A stretch of DNA of 64,000 bases from Phallusia mammillata (GCA_965637545.1 OZ281500.1:4340001-4404000), one strand, 5' to 3'; shown: positions 33,234-45,337, numbered from the stretch's first letter. Notes: a model not told the origin generated them from the sequence alone. Numbers and translations: made by a program.

Positions 33234-36200
33234 TGCATGCTGTCTGTGTGGTTTGGTTTTGTATGCAACAGGTCAAATCATGAACAAGTACGCTTCTGGC
33301 GGAGATTCGACCAGAATGTAATTTTCTGAAAAGTATGACAGTGCCCCGAACTTTTGTTTCGTCTAGGACAGTTTTTCTCAATCTTGTTATGTTTTGACTG
33401 CTTTTGCCACAGCATCCACACAATGTTAAGGAAAACGTTATATTATCAAAACAGTATGGAGTTTAACAACGCGTTTATGTGTCTTGAGTTGGTCGCAGTT
33501 TCACGAAACATTTAACAGACTAATATGAATTGAGGCATTGGGATTGAGAAACGCTGGTCTAGACATACAAATATTATATGCGTTGCATGGGAACCTTATT
33601 GGGAAATTCAGTGTTTTGGTTTTAAAAGCCAATAACGCCAGAAAGTCGAAATTGCTCGTGGCTTTAAGGAATTTCAATTCCATCAGTTTTAAATTAGTTT
33701 AAAGTTTCTAAATCGTTTCATCCAAAATTTTGGCGACTCGATTGATGGAATCAAAGTGTATTGTTGATGGAATTGATATTCCTTAATGCCTTGTGGGTCC
33801 GGGAACCATTGGGCCACCTTAATTGGCTGTTTGCTTTAAAACCGAACCTTGCTTGTGTTAGTGTTGTATGATTTATTATACAATTAAGTTTTTCCTTGTC
33901 AAGTGCAATTGTTTTGCCTTACCTTGAGCGTTGTTTGCCGTACACTTAAGCATGTATGTTGCAGTTGCTTGTTAAAGTCTTTAAAAAGCATCCTACTTGT
34001 ATCCCAAGTAAAAGAATGCGTAAAAACGAACATTGAATGAGCAGCCTTTTGTTCCAGGACGTATGCTAACATTACATGTGTCAAAACATTAACATTTCGT
34101 AATTTCTGGTGTTTCAAGCAAGTTATGTACCTCGTAGCACAAAAAGCTTTTCGTTTTTGAATGCGGTGTCTTGTTAAGCGATGTTGTTTAGCAAATTGTT
34201 CTTTCTATGTTATCAGCAAATACCCATCCTATGTTGCCAACTTTGTACTCGTGCCATTGCTACCATTCTATACATTACGAGGCGTTGAAACTCGGCTCTT
34301 GGTCTTTTTTATTTACCCAATACAACTTTTAGCATTTTGATGTTAACAGGCCAACTACTGTGTCTCCCAAACAAAAACTCTTTGTGTTACTCAAGAAATA
34401 TATTTTACATTCGATTTTAATTTTGAGATTTTTTTTCAAACATAGGTTTAACGATTCGATTAGTTTTCGATTTGATGGATAATCAACACTTACTTGTGTC
34501 AAGTGATCCAGAACGGTGCCTTTTTTCTTTTTCTCTCGTGCGTTATCATTTATTATTGTACATTGAAGTGTATGTGCCGCGAAAAAATGTGTGACTTTTA
34601 TTCCATCAGCAAGGGACTGGACACATGCACCAACAGCATATCCAAAAAAATACAATAACCTTGCGCTTGGGGGTTAAAAGTTACACAACTGTATGCCAAA
34701 GCATGAGCTAGAATAATGTAAAATATTGATGTTTGAATTGATTGACATTCTTATGTTTTCGGCTATATCAAACGCGGAATTCTTTAAAATATTAGATGGT
34801 TACATCGATGGCTATAGCAGAACAACTTAGTTATGACAATTTTTACGCAATATTAAACTAGAATAAATTAATATTAACGCGAATCGCCTGTTTCGATATA
34901 AGTGTATTTCGTGTGAATCATTAAGTGTTGCTTGACTGATTTATATCATGTGCAACACTGTTAATCCTAACATTTTAAACATGTCTCTTGCCGCCACGAA
35001 CTTGCATATAAGTGTGGTTGCTCACCGCGTTGGTGCATTTTATGATCAAATCATTTACTTGAGCCACGCATTTGTGAACTATAACCCAAAGTCATTGTGA
35101 CGAGTAGGATTAACCTTTTCAATTTATTTGTTTTATGCTTTCTCGCGAAACTAACTAACAAATTTCATATTGTTAAAAGTATGTTCCTTATAACAAAATT
35201 GTTCATTGTGATTCGAGCCATGAAGTTATTTAACCAAAATGAGCCACTTAAAAATCATGACCTTTACTAAACTCACTACCACGATGATAAGCGATTGTCA
35301 AAACCGTTGTGAGTGTATTCCAAACCGAATTGAACAAAACTGCTGGTCTTGTGACATTATATTGATGTATCCCTTGCATGCTTGCGTTCCTTATATTATA
35401 CTCGAAGTAGTAAAAATGCAATAGGTTTCTATATGTTTTGCAGTAATGTTGATCTAAAGATTGTTACGTCTCTTAGTGTATACATAAGCAAATGAGTGTA
35501 CGCTTATACAGGGTGCCCAAGAATTGGTGTACTAAACAGAAATGTTGTTTTTTGGGTAAAATTTTGTGACCTTCATTACTAATCGCGATTCAAATACGCT
35601 GCATCATTAGACGCTCTTCATACACCCTTGATTAACCTTAAGTGCCTAAAGAAATATATTCCAAAATTATGCGCATAATATTAGTGACAAAAATACTTGT
35701 TGAGTTGAAATGATTTTGATTTGTTGATGTTATGAATATTTTTGTGTCGAGAATATCTTGAAAATCACGTCTTTTTGTAAAATGGTTCTTCCCTTGTGTA
35801 TCATGCAACCTTTTTCGTGTTATTGTTACGCTTGGTGCCTTTTTCTTTCATTGTGCAATAGACTCAGTAGACTCAGAATTTTTGACCAGTTTTTTTGCAG
35901 TGTCTTCACAGATTATAATATGCAATGTTGATGTAACACTGTAAGCAATATACCACAATTTGCTACGCAAAATCACATTTTGAGATGTTACGCAAAACCA
36001 CATCTAAAAAAATCTTTGGCTACAATACACATAAACAGGCAACAGCACAAGTTTTTGGAAAACCTTAACTCAGTATTACTAAAAACATCCCCAAATATCA
36101 TTTTAAAGAACAACAAAATAACTTCATTTTGAAAGAACAATACCAGTAATCCACAATGTTTTTAAATATATAACGCAGCATATAAACCACATTTTTTTCA

Positions 36201-36589
36201 AAGAGAGAAATAGTTGAAGTTAACACGTTGCAAAATAAAACAACAACAAAAACAAAGCATCCGCGACGAATTTTAACAATATTTAGGGACAGTGTTCACC
36301 AGCACAATAAAACCAAAAGAACGCTGCGCGATGAAATCGGTTCAATGCGAAAGCAAGTCGCGTCAACAACTTTGGGAAAAACACGTGCACACTGCGTCAT
36401 GCGTCCGATTAGCAGTTTCATACTACAGGACAGGTATTTGAAACTTCATAAAAACGCATCGTGTAATATTGTGATGCTTAAATTACATCACAGTTTACTA
36501 AGAAACTTTGTCACTATGCTGAAAGATTTTATAGAGCTGTGCGTTATCCACAAAGTTCACCTTATGGTCCGTTTCCTTTTTTTGAGTTT

Positions 36590-38000
36590 CAGGCCCCACC
36601 AAAGTCCACCCTAGACCTATGTAGATGGCGTTCGTCTGTCCTTCTCCACCGCGTCGCATCTCCCGCACTAAGTGAGCTTGTGGCTACCGGCCCCAATGAG
36701 TATCTCCACTTTTTTATCGGACAAATCCGGAAAACACGTACAAGCCTTTCAGATGAGTATGTCGTTTAACATCCACAGGGAAAGGAGGGAAAGGAAAAAA
36801 TCTCCACTCCATGACCCTGGCGATGCTTGATGCTTCCGCCAATTCCGGTAATTTTTGGCAGACTGCTCTCCCTTTAAGATTTAATCTATCCCTTAAATTA
36901 GTTGCGCACAGGGTAACATCAGAACCTTCATCCAAGAAAGCGTACGTGCTTACTGCACAATTCGGATCTTTTCCCCTTACATAAACAAGGACGACTTTCA
37001 AACGCACTAAATCTGCAGGTGAGGAGGATATTGTATCCACAAGGGAGTGAGATGTAATAGGTTCTACTGCAGTTGGTTTCGCATCTGGTTCTTTCCGGCC
37101 TCGCTTCTCACGATGCAACGTGTACGGTGTGTGGCAATTTGCAGCGTTCTCACCTTTGATCACAAATACAGGTGTGGGCCATATGATGAGGCGAAAAAAA
37201 AAAACAAAGTCGGTTGACCTTCACCAACAACCAACGATTATATTCGTTTGTCTTATTAAAGTCAGGACATACCCAAAGAGGGTGTAATTTCTTGCAAACG
37301 ACGCAAGGCTGTGGATCTATCTTGTCAGCTCTGGTGGGAGTGGTTGGCGAAGACTCACTCTCTAATGATTCTGTGGAGTCTTGTACCGAAAAAACCCTAT
37401 GCTCTCCCCTCTTTCGAGACATTCATTTGGTTTTCCCAATGCGAGAGACTGGGTGAACATGTTATTGCTCTCTTCTACTTTGTCAGTCACAAACGAAGCC
37501 AAGTCGGAAAACGTGACATGACCTGTAGACTTATTCAAACTGTCATCCACTGTCACAAACTTCGCCTGTGAGTGAAATGGAAGTTTCTTGAATACATCCA
37601 CCAAAGTTTGATTGCAATCTAATTCATGTTCACAATTCCATGCTCGGAAAGCTATAAGTGCGTGGTTCATTTTATCTGCTAGTTTTTTCAGTCCCTCTCG
37701 GCCGCCAGCTGTGATCGCAGACCCTTTTACTACATCTTTAACATGGGCATCTACCACCAGGTCTATTCGACCAAAGTTCTTTCGTAACGTCTCTTGCGCT
37801 TGTAGAAGGCCTAATGAAGCCGGCTTAATAAACAGACATGCTCTGAAAGCATAACGTGCGTGCCTCGCCCTTACATGTATCTATTAGATAACGCAACTGA
37901 TCACAAGGGTCAGAGAAGCGTCTGACCACGGTTTCGTAAATTACTGCATAAAGTCAAAATATTCTAATGGATCTCCGTGAAATGTCAATAAATCAGTTTG
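36590..38000 (-). mobile_element. Degenerate BEL/Pao LTR retrotransposon gag-protease fragment
   Basis: Minus-strand frames give Gag-like LLTFHGDPLEYFDF*...DQLRYLIDTCKGEA...LRKNFG, a Cys/His cluster CVVCKKLHPLWVC...CF...H...C, the aspartic protease motif TYAFLDEGSDVT and VEILIG...LGWTLVGP, with stops and frameshifts. Absent from the homologous upstream region of unit 1. Confidence 0.85.
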
Positions 38001-39347
38001 ATGCAACACGGTGTAAAGCGCAACAGAACTGCCACATAAAAAGGCGCGCTGATTACACGTACGCTTTTGGCCCGGAGTAAAGCACGCCAAAGGCAAGAAA
38101 TCGTCTGTTTGTGAACACAAGCAACTTTGTCCGTAACATAGCCTATGTTATGAGAAAAAACTGAAAAAGTCGTGTTTTTTGTAAAATGCAGTAGATCAGT
38201 CAGCCTTTGGATACCGGTAGATCAGTGACAACTGACAACAGTATAGTCGTGGTTTGACATCCTATAACTGTAACATTGTTTTAATTTCTTACGCTTTTAA
38301 AGCCAATAACCGGCCTGATTTTCTGTTTCCTTTTATTTATGCGATAATTTTTATTTTAAAAAAGTTGCTTTGGCGAAGTTTGGCTTCAACTTTAAATTAC
38401 CCTTGTACGTTTTACTGTATTTATTTGGGATGAAATCATTAAGGATGGGTGATAAGAAAAATATCAAGCAAAAAATTTCAGTCTGAAAGACCAAGCCTTT
38501 CTGGTGGGCGAACTCGAAATCTCAGCAAAGTTTTAAAAAACTGGTATTTTGTTCAGCATCACACCACTTGAATGACAAATTTGTTTAATACAAAACAAAT
38601 GTTATGTTGCTTTTGTAGTCAACTGTCAATTAGACAATATTAGCTTCTTTGATTTGTGTTTTGTAAGTAGGCCTACGCTCTTTCAAAACTATGGATGAAG
38701 ATGAAAACCCAATCTTACCAAGTAATAATGATAACTATGGCAAAGAGCTGAAATCTAATGAATGTTTTCAAAAGTTGCCCCCTGGTGGTAAGTATTTTTC
38801 ACAGATCATGAATTTTATTGTTTAAGCCATCATAATAATGATAATGCTAGGCTATCTGTTTATCAAAACGCTTAGTTGCGCGTTTTTCAAAATAGTTGTT
38901 TTTTTGGTGTTAAGTCAAAACCTTAATTAAAAAGCCCTCTAAAGCAGTGCTTCTCGTCACAATATTTGGTATATGTGCACAGGGGCGTATCCAGAATTTT
39001 TTGACGGCTTTTTAACGTCCAACATTTTATTTTGGGAATTTCCCCAATGACGTCATTATATCTGTTTGGAAATTTACCACACAAATGTGGTAGACCGCAC
39101 GAAGGCACGAGACTGAATACCTAATTCACACGTCAAACTGCCACTAAAATGAGTTTTTGTGGTGATTAAATCATTCACAGTAAATGCGGATTAAAAAATA
39201 ATTTAAACCATTTGAAATGGCAATAAAAGCATCATTTGTGAAAACATATCAAGAACACATAGAAACAAAAAACGACAAACAAAACAGAAAATAAAAACAA
39301 GAAAGCAACAAAAAATGCGGGAATGCATGCATTTGAATCGGTTGTCG

Positions 39348-39998
39348 TCAGCCCACTGAAGCACCAGCCTCCTTAGAGCCTGTTGGGCGGCAGGTATGGT
39401 GTCTCAAGGGAATGGATAGATTGATGACACAAGATTCTTCTCCGTTAGGACGCAACCACAATGGCCTTGCAGGTGCGGCGTGCGTTAGCGTGATCCACTC
39501 AAGTTGCTCACGATTAACCCGTTGATAGAGTCTCACTGCTTTACTTATTTCGTCTGGGTTGTTGCCGAAACTAGCCTGTTCAAGATCTGTGCTTGCAATT
39601 AAGCCTTGGAAGATTTCACACCTTATCTCCTGCAAACGTCGTCGTAGACCTTCAGCCAGATATTGATCTCGGTCACTTGTGAATTCGACTAAAGAGATCT
39701 CTTCCTCCAAAGAACAAGGCTTGAACTTCAAATCAAACTCTCTATGGTTAGAATTCCAGACAAAAGTTGGAACTGCGTTCTGAACCACAGTTAAACGATT
39801 TATCTCACGCTTAGCTTCAGTAGAAAGTCGCAATGTGTGATCGCGAACACGATTTAATTGTTCTTCGTCCTCCTCACGATTTCTGGATTGTCTGTACTGT
39901 CTGGAATAGTTAAAGAATCTTGCGAACCTGATGTTTCTATGTCGGAATGAGCCTCTCAAATTCGCACGATTCATCACTATCTCAAATATTAGGCACAC
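39348..39998 (-). CDS. Intronless orphan ORF of 216 codons (first ATG gives MNRANL..., 208 aa), function unknown
   Basis: Longest ORF in the window and visibly more GC-rich than its flanks. Arg-rich N-terminus, EEDEE acidic patch, helical-looking core. A candidate AATAAA lies on the minus strand at 39026-39031. No motif recognised. Confidence 0.5.
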   Translation of the reverse strand: MCLIFEIVMNRANLRGSFRHRNIRFARFFNYSRQYRQSRNREEDEEQLNRVRDHTLRLSTEAKREINRLTVVQNAVPTFVWNSNHREFDLKFKPCSLEEEISLVEFTSDRDQYLAEGLRRRLQEIRCEIFQGLIASTDLEQASFGNNPDEISKAVRLYQRVNREQLEWITLTHAAPARPLWLRPNGEESCVINLSIPLRHHTCRPTGSKEAGASVG

Positions 39999-40108
39999 AC
40001 AGAGTTGATTAACACTCTGTATTCTTGATTATTTGCCTTTAAGCGATATCGTTGATTAGCTCTTGGCCAGCTAACCACAGCAGTGAGATAAAAACCAAAT
40101 TTAGCATC

Positions 40109-40199
40109 CACAAATAGAACCCACAAATAGAAGGCACAAATAGAACCCACAAATAGAAGGCACAAATAGAACCCACAAATAGAAGGCACAAATAGAACG
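40109..40199. repeat. Seven 13-bp tandem units alternating CACAAATAGAACC and CACAAATAGAAGG (26-bp higher-order repeat)
   Basis: Units start at 40109, 40122, 40135, 40148, 40161, 40174 and 40187; the last ends ACG. Confidence 0.95.
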
Positions 40200-42372
40200 G
40201 CGAAAACATCAAAGTCTACACTTATATAACAATGTGAAACCTTGGCCGGTGTACGAATTCTTTTTCTCATATTCCTTATATTATTTATTTTAAGGTAGCC
40301 ATGTAATTTATAATGCCATAGCGCCTTTTGGTGAACATCATATGCTTTTTCACAGGGTGGAAACGACGCGCTCTAATACGAAACACAACTGCTGAAACAT
40401 TGCAAATATCGACGGAAACATGTGTCACAATGGAACAAACACTATGTTTACTGTTAGATCTTTCTGGAACCCGAAAAATGGCTGAAAATAACTTATGACT
40501 ACCATAGAAACGGAAATATAAACATTAGTCTATGCAGAAATTTTTCCATTTCGTGGTGTGAAACGTTATTGCGAAATAACATGCAATCGTTTTCATAAAC
40601 ATTGCACAATAGTGTTGTAACCGCTACACCACCTTACTCGGGGCCTATGGCAATAGGACGCTTTGATCTTGTAATTCCCCTGCTTCAACAATAACAACAC
40701 ACAGCAGCAATTTACCAGTTCCAGGTTGAATCATATGCAATATTAATCAGCACACACACAAGACTAACTTGTTACCAAAAGATTTGCTGTGTTTGTCTAA
40801 AACTTATGTGATAAAATCTTTTGAGGTTTTAATAAAACAAAAACACTGCAAACTTGAGTGTGGATAGTTGATATTAGCATGCAATCGATTTTAGTGCACA
40901 TGCAAACACACATGAAGACGGCGCTATCCGAGCCGGTGATAGCGGATTAGTAAACGCAAACAAAGCAAAAAACATGCATCAAGCAAGGCATCGGCGTCGG
41001 CAAAATCATGACGCTATATTTTTTGTTGAATGAATAATAAACTTTGCAAGGTGAAAGTGTAGGAAATAGGTATGTATGTGTATTATTACGTGTTCTGCGA
41101 CTTGCGCTTCCGATTGTGCTAACAGCAATAGTCCAGCCGTTGGTTAGTTTGTTTTATTATAACACCAACAGTAATGCAATTTAAACGTGGCTTGACGTAA
41201 TGTGATTCATACGCCCAACCGAAGTCGAATCGAATAGAATATAGTCCAGGGCTAGGGCGAAGCCCTTGTGCCTCGTGCCCCACGAGACATTGGAACACAC
41301 GGTATATAAACACATATCAAAACAACGTCATTAAACTACGCACATGGGATCTGTGATTTGCCTGGAGGTACAGAACATTTACATCCTATGTCAAAACATC
41401 AATTAGCAATTATATGGGATGTACCTCTGCGGTCTCACGCAATCAAACACTTGAGGTATATAAATCACGTAATGGGAAAACTTACAAGTCACGTCCGCTC
41501 TTACTCATGACGTCAGTGCGAATATAAGGTCATTATGTTACAAAAGCATGCAAAAAATACCCTCTAGATTCTTGAGATAAAAGGCCAATTCAGCCGTGTG
41601 ATTTATTGTACAAATACGCATTCATTTTACAAAACACCCTGTTGACATTAGTGCTGACTGCTGAGGCTTTTATGTTTTAATAGGTATTTACAAATTATGC
41701 ATTATTTTTCGTCTTTACTCTCTTTGCAGTTGGGAAATGGTTTTCAACCAGGTTCTGTTTAGCATACCTGGGATTTTTTGGTTTCATGAATATCTATGCC
41801 CTTCGAGTAAACCTCAGTGTTGCCATATTGTCTATGGTGAATGCAAGTTATCAAGTGGTAAATCATACTGCCAAGGATGCCTGCCCAGTCAGTTCCCATC
41901 ATATGAATATGACGGTATTAATGGGACATCGAAACGTTGGCATATTACAATAAAAAACTGCCGGAAGAGCTAAAAATTCTGTTAATGACGGTATTAAGTT
42001 TTCCATACATTTCTGTATTTTTGTATTTTTTAGTGTGATGAAACAATCCTAAGATTATATCCTTCAAGTTTAAATTAGGTAAATTGTAAACCATATTCTG
42101 TGTGTGATACATTTAATTTGATGTTATCAGGAGAAATTTTTTAGGCAAAAATAAAGTCATCTAATGTGGATCTTTTCGAATTGTGTTTGGTGTTAATAGC
42201 TTTTTTTGTTGAGGACTAAATTTAGTAACAGGTTTTCAAAACTTAAAAATGTTTGGCAGACTAACTATGAGATGAACCACAACTGTTGTTGCAAAGTTAT
42301 ATTACTTAATACCATATTTGCGTCTAAACAAAATAAAACAATATAAGTGACATTGCAAAGGCATCAAGCAGT

Positions 42373-42507
42373 TCAGTGCAGTTGGGGTCGAGAGATAGGC
42401 TAACACACTGTACCGTTGGATGGCTACACTAGCCAATACAGCCTATCTCTCATCACCAGCTGCACTGATGAGACCTTATAGGTCAAAACAGTGTGCACTG
42501 TCTACAG
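42373..42507. mobile_element. Second copy of the hammerhead foldback element (left arm truncated)
   Basis: TCAGTGCAGTTGGGGTCGAGAGATAGGC ... GCCTATCTCTCATCACCAGCTGCACTGA inverted arms; centre TGGCTACACTAGCCAATAC resembles the centre of the 1224 copy. Not present in the homologous intron of unit 1. Confidence 0.75.
42460..42507 (+). ncRNA. Type I hammerhead ribozyme motif with a G12A variant
   Basis: CTGCA-CTGATGA-GACC(ttata)GGTC-AAAA-CAGTG(tg)CACTG-TC-TACAG. Stems II and III are perfect; G12 is replaced by A (CpG to CpA type change); stem I has one mismatch. Confidence 0.75.
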
Positions 42508-42892
42508 TATGAACAACATTGTACACCTTTATTATCAGTATTGGATCTGCTGGGCAATATGTTGTCATCCATTTGTAATATCTGGTTCAATGTATTTAGG
42601 GCGATGAGTTTAACTGGGGTGCGCATGACAAAGGTTTGGTTCTTGGAGCATTCTTTTATGGATATATCACCACTCAAATTCCTGGTGGTTATCTAGCTAG
42701 AAAGTAAGTCAACACAATGTGCAAAGATAACATTAATTTACTGATCCTGGCTGATCACATATTGAATTATTCAAGTTTTTTTTGTCATATTTGCATGAGA
42801 CTATTTTTTTGGTGAATAATGATAGGCTTGGGTATGAACAACTTGATGGCTGTCCGTATTATCGATGGCATTGGTGAGGTAAGACTCTATAG

Positions 42893-43281
42893 CAGTGGTT
42901 CTCAACCTTTTGCCTTTGCTGACTCTTTTTAAAGCTGTAAGCTAGTTGTGGACCCCTTCTAAGGTTTAGGTATTTTTGGTACATTTTGTCCATTTTTATT
43001 GACAAGCTACCAATATATGGTGTATTGAATACCAACCACGTTGGGCCCAGGGCCAAAGTTTAAATCCTTTTGTTTGGGTTTTGCATCACAATGGGATTAA
43101 AATGTCACAATGCATTTTGGGTTGTCGCCTATAAAAAAATGTTTTGAACAAGTTTCATTCTATTTTAAAACGCCGAAGCATTTTTTCAAATCGTGATTTG
43201 TCAATCTCGTTTTGTGCAAATTGAGAAATTGGCACGGGCCCCCTGAATACGCTTTGCGGACCCCCCAATTTAGAACCCCTG
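42893..43281. mobile_element. hAT-type MITE, 389 bp
   Basis: TIRs CAGTGGTTCTCAA / TTTAGAACCCCTG; perfect 8-bp TSD CTCTATAG (42885-42892 and 43282-43289); unit 1 has the empty site. Confidence 0.85.
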
Positions 43282-43290
43282 CTCTATAGG

Positions 43291-43651
43291 CAGGGTTACC
43301 GCGGGTATGGAAAACCTGCAAAAGTTATGGAATTTAAATTTGTTTTTTTTAAGGCCTGGAAAAGTTTTGTAAAGGACCAACTTTTGTAAAAGTCCTTGAA
43401 AAAGTATGGAAATGACAACTGTTTTACCCTGAAAATGCCAGATAGAGATAGGACTTTAAATCATGTAACATATGAATATTCATTGCAAATTTGCAAGTAT
43501 GGTAAATTGGCTGCATCTACCAAAGCCTCTTTACTAGTTTCACCATAGGAATAGCTTGATTTTTTTTTAATAAGCTTATGGAATTTTTTTTTCCTTGAAA
43601 AGTTTTGGAAAAGTCATTGAATTTATGAACGAAAATTGCGCAGGAACCCTG
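43291..43651. mobile_element. Non-autonomous TIR element, 361 bp, superfamily unassigned
   Basis: TIRs CAGGGTTACCGCG / CGCAGGAACCCTG; apparent 6-bp TSD TATAGG/TGTAGG; internal GGAAAAGT-type repeats; empty site in unit 1. Confidence 0.75.
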
Positions 43652-45337
43652 TGTAGGGTTGTCAAATGTGCTTTGTGGCAGCTGTGGAAAAAACTGCCAA
43701 TCTGAATTGCAAATCTAATTAAACATATATTACAAGTATGGCTTTGCAGCTAAGAAATGGTGTCATTAATACTTTAGTGATAAATACATATGCTGGTGGT
43801 TTTAATTCTGTTTAAGGCCCAAAATCTGCCATCTGCCATGTTGACATCGATTTCTCACCCCTTGTTTAGAGACTGAATGCTGCTAGATTGACCTTAGCTG
43901 ATGTGTTTTTTTTTTGTAGGAAATCTTTAGTGTTTTGTATTCTTTTTCATCTTTTGATCCTGACAACAGTTTCTGTCCGCTACATACATTTAAATTCGCC
44001 GCATACTTATTATACATGTACAGTATTGAAATTACTTCAACCGAAGGCCTGGTGTCATATATCTAATGGTTTGATTTTTGACAATATTATTGTTCATGTG
44101 TTCAGAATTTGTAAAGCACTATTTGTTTGTTTATGAACAGGGTGTTACATTGCCTGCGATGCATTCCATGTGGGGACAATGGGCACCTCCCCTTGAAAGA
44201 AGCATGCTTGTATCACTGACATATGCTGGCATTCACCTTGGAACTGTTATAGCCCAACCTGTATCTGGTATATTGTGTGTCTCATCTTTCTTGGGTGGCT
44301 GGCCATCTGTTTTTTACATATTTGGTAAGTTTAGTAATTACATACTTAAACATCAAATTAAATTTGCCAGTTTTACACGAGGTATTGCATAGTTCATAGG
44401 GCATTGTACCTTATGTATGCTTTTTAAAAGTAGAGTGATTTTTTCGTAGGTTTATCATAGTAAGTAGTATGCATCCAAAGACATGCAAACATAACAATGC
44501 CATGTAAGAAAGAGTCAATAAATTATCTTACAAAACCTTGGTATATGCAGCATTACCAAAAAGTCTGTAACTAGAATGGTTAAAACAAGACAAAGACAGA
44601 TTAAGTTTGGATATATGAGGACTTGGTGCTTGGGAGTTGATTAGTCAAACAATGATGTGAGAGCCCTATCATATAAATAAACATATAAATTGTTGTGATG
44701 AACAATTCATTGCCTATGTCTTACTTTTAAAGAATTATTGCACTTTATGGCTGAAATGTTTTTGATTGCAGCTCTGCAGGATGTTGTTAATTTTTCTCAG
44801 CATTGTTTGGAAGTCATTAATGTATTTTTCTATTTCCGATTGCTTTGTACAAGTTTTGGCATATGTCTGCTGATTGACTGTTTAATATTGCCAGGAGAAT
44901 ATCCTTCTGAGCCTTTTATCTCTATAAAGTTACTGGATGAGAAACTATGTACTATAGATACTCATCTTCACATGTCAGCTTGCAACAAACTAGTATCTTT
45001 ACACATCAGCTTAAAATTTATGGCTTCTTCATTTTGATTAAACGGATATGAGAAACAGTTGTGGTTACAACACAATTAGTCATTAACATATAAAACTGTG
45101 TGCATTACGGAAAATAAACTTGCAATGTTATCATCACCATGATCATGATATTGATGTTCTTGTCATGATATTGACGATTGAGTAATTTCAAAAAAATAAT
45201 TTGCACATTAGTTCCCAATGATAAGGCTTGTTTAAAAGCGTTCCAAGATATATAAGAAACAAGCTCAAGGTCTTGACCCAGCAGAGGTTATCATTCCAGT
45301 ATATTTTTCATTTTCGTGAGAACTTTTAAATCAACTA

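Larger units (their letters stand above)
22344..35876 (+). repeat. Tandem segmental duplication, unit 1 (contains the intact sialin-like gene)
   Basis: Starts with AATTTTTGACCAGTTTTTTTTGCAGTGT (22344), repeated at 35877. Ends with TTGGTGCCTTTTTCTTTCATTGTGCAATAGACTCA (about 35832-35866), repeated at about 49799-49833. Exons and many intron blocks are collinear with unit 2. Confidence 0.85.

Noticed and set aside
32932-33423. 163-codon minus-strand ORF
   Set aside because: Antisense shadow of the last sialin exon and 3' UTR; no independent coding signal.
36228-36614. 128-codon plus-strand ORF
   Set aside because: Starts at TTG in low-complexity A-rich DNA and spans an insertion boundary; no motif.
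40109-40199. CRISPR-like appearance of the regular repeat
   Set aside because: Units are contiguous 13-mers with no unique spacers, in a eukaryotic context.
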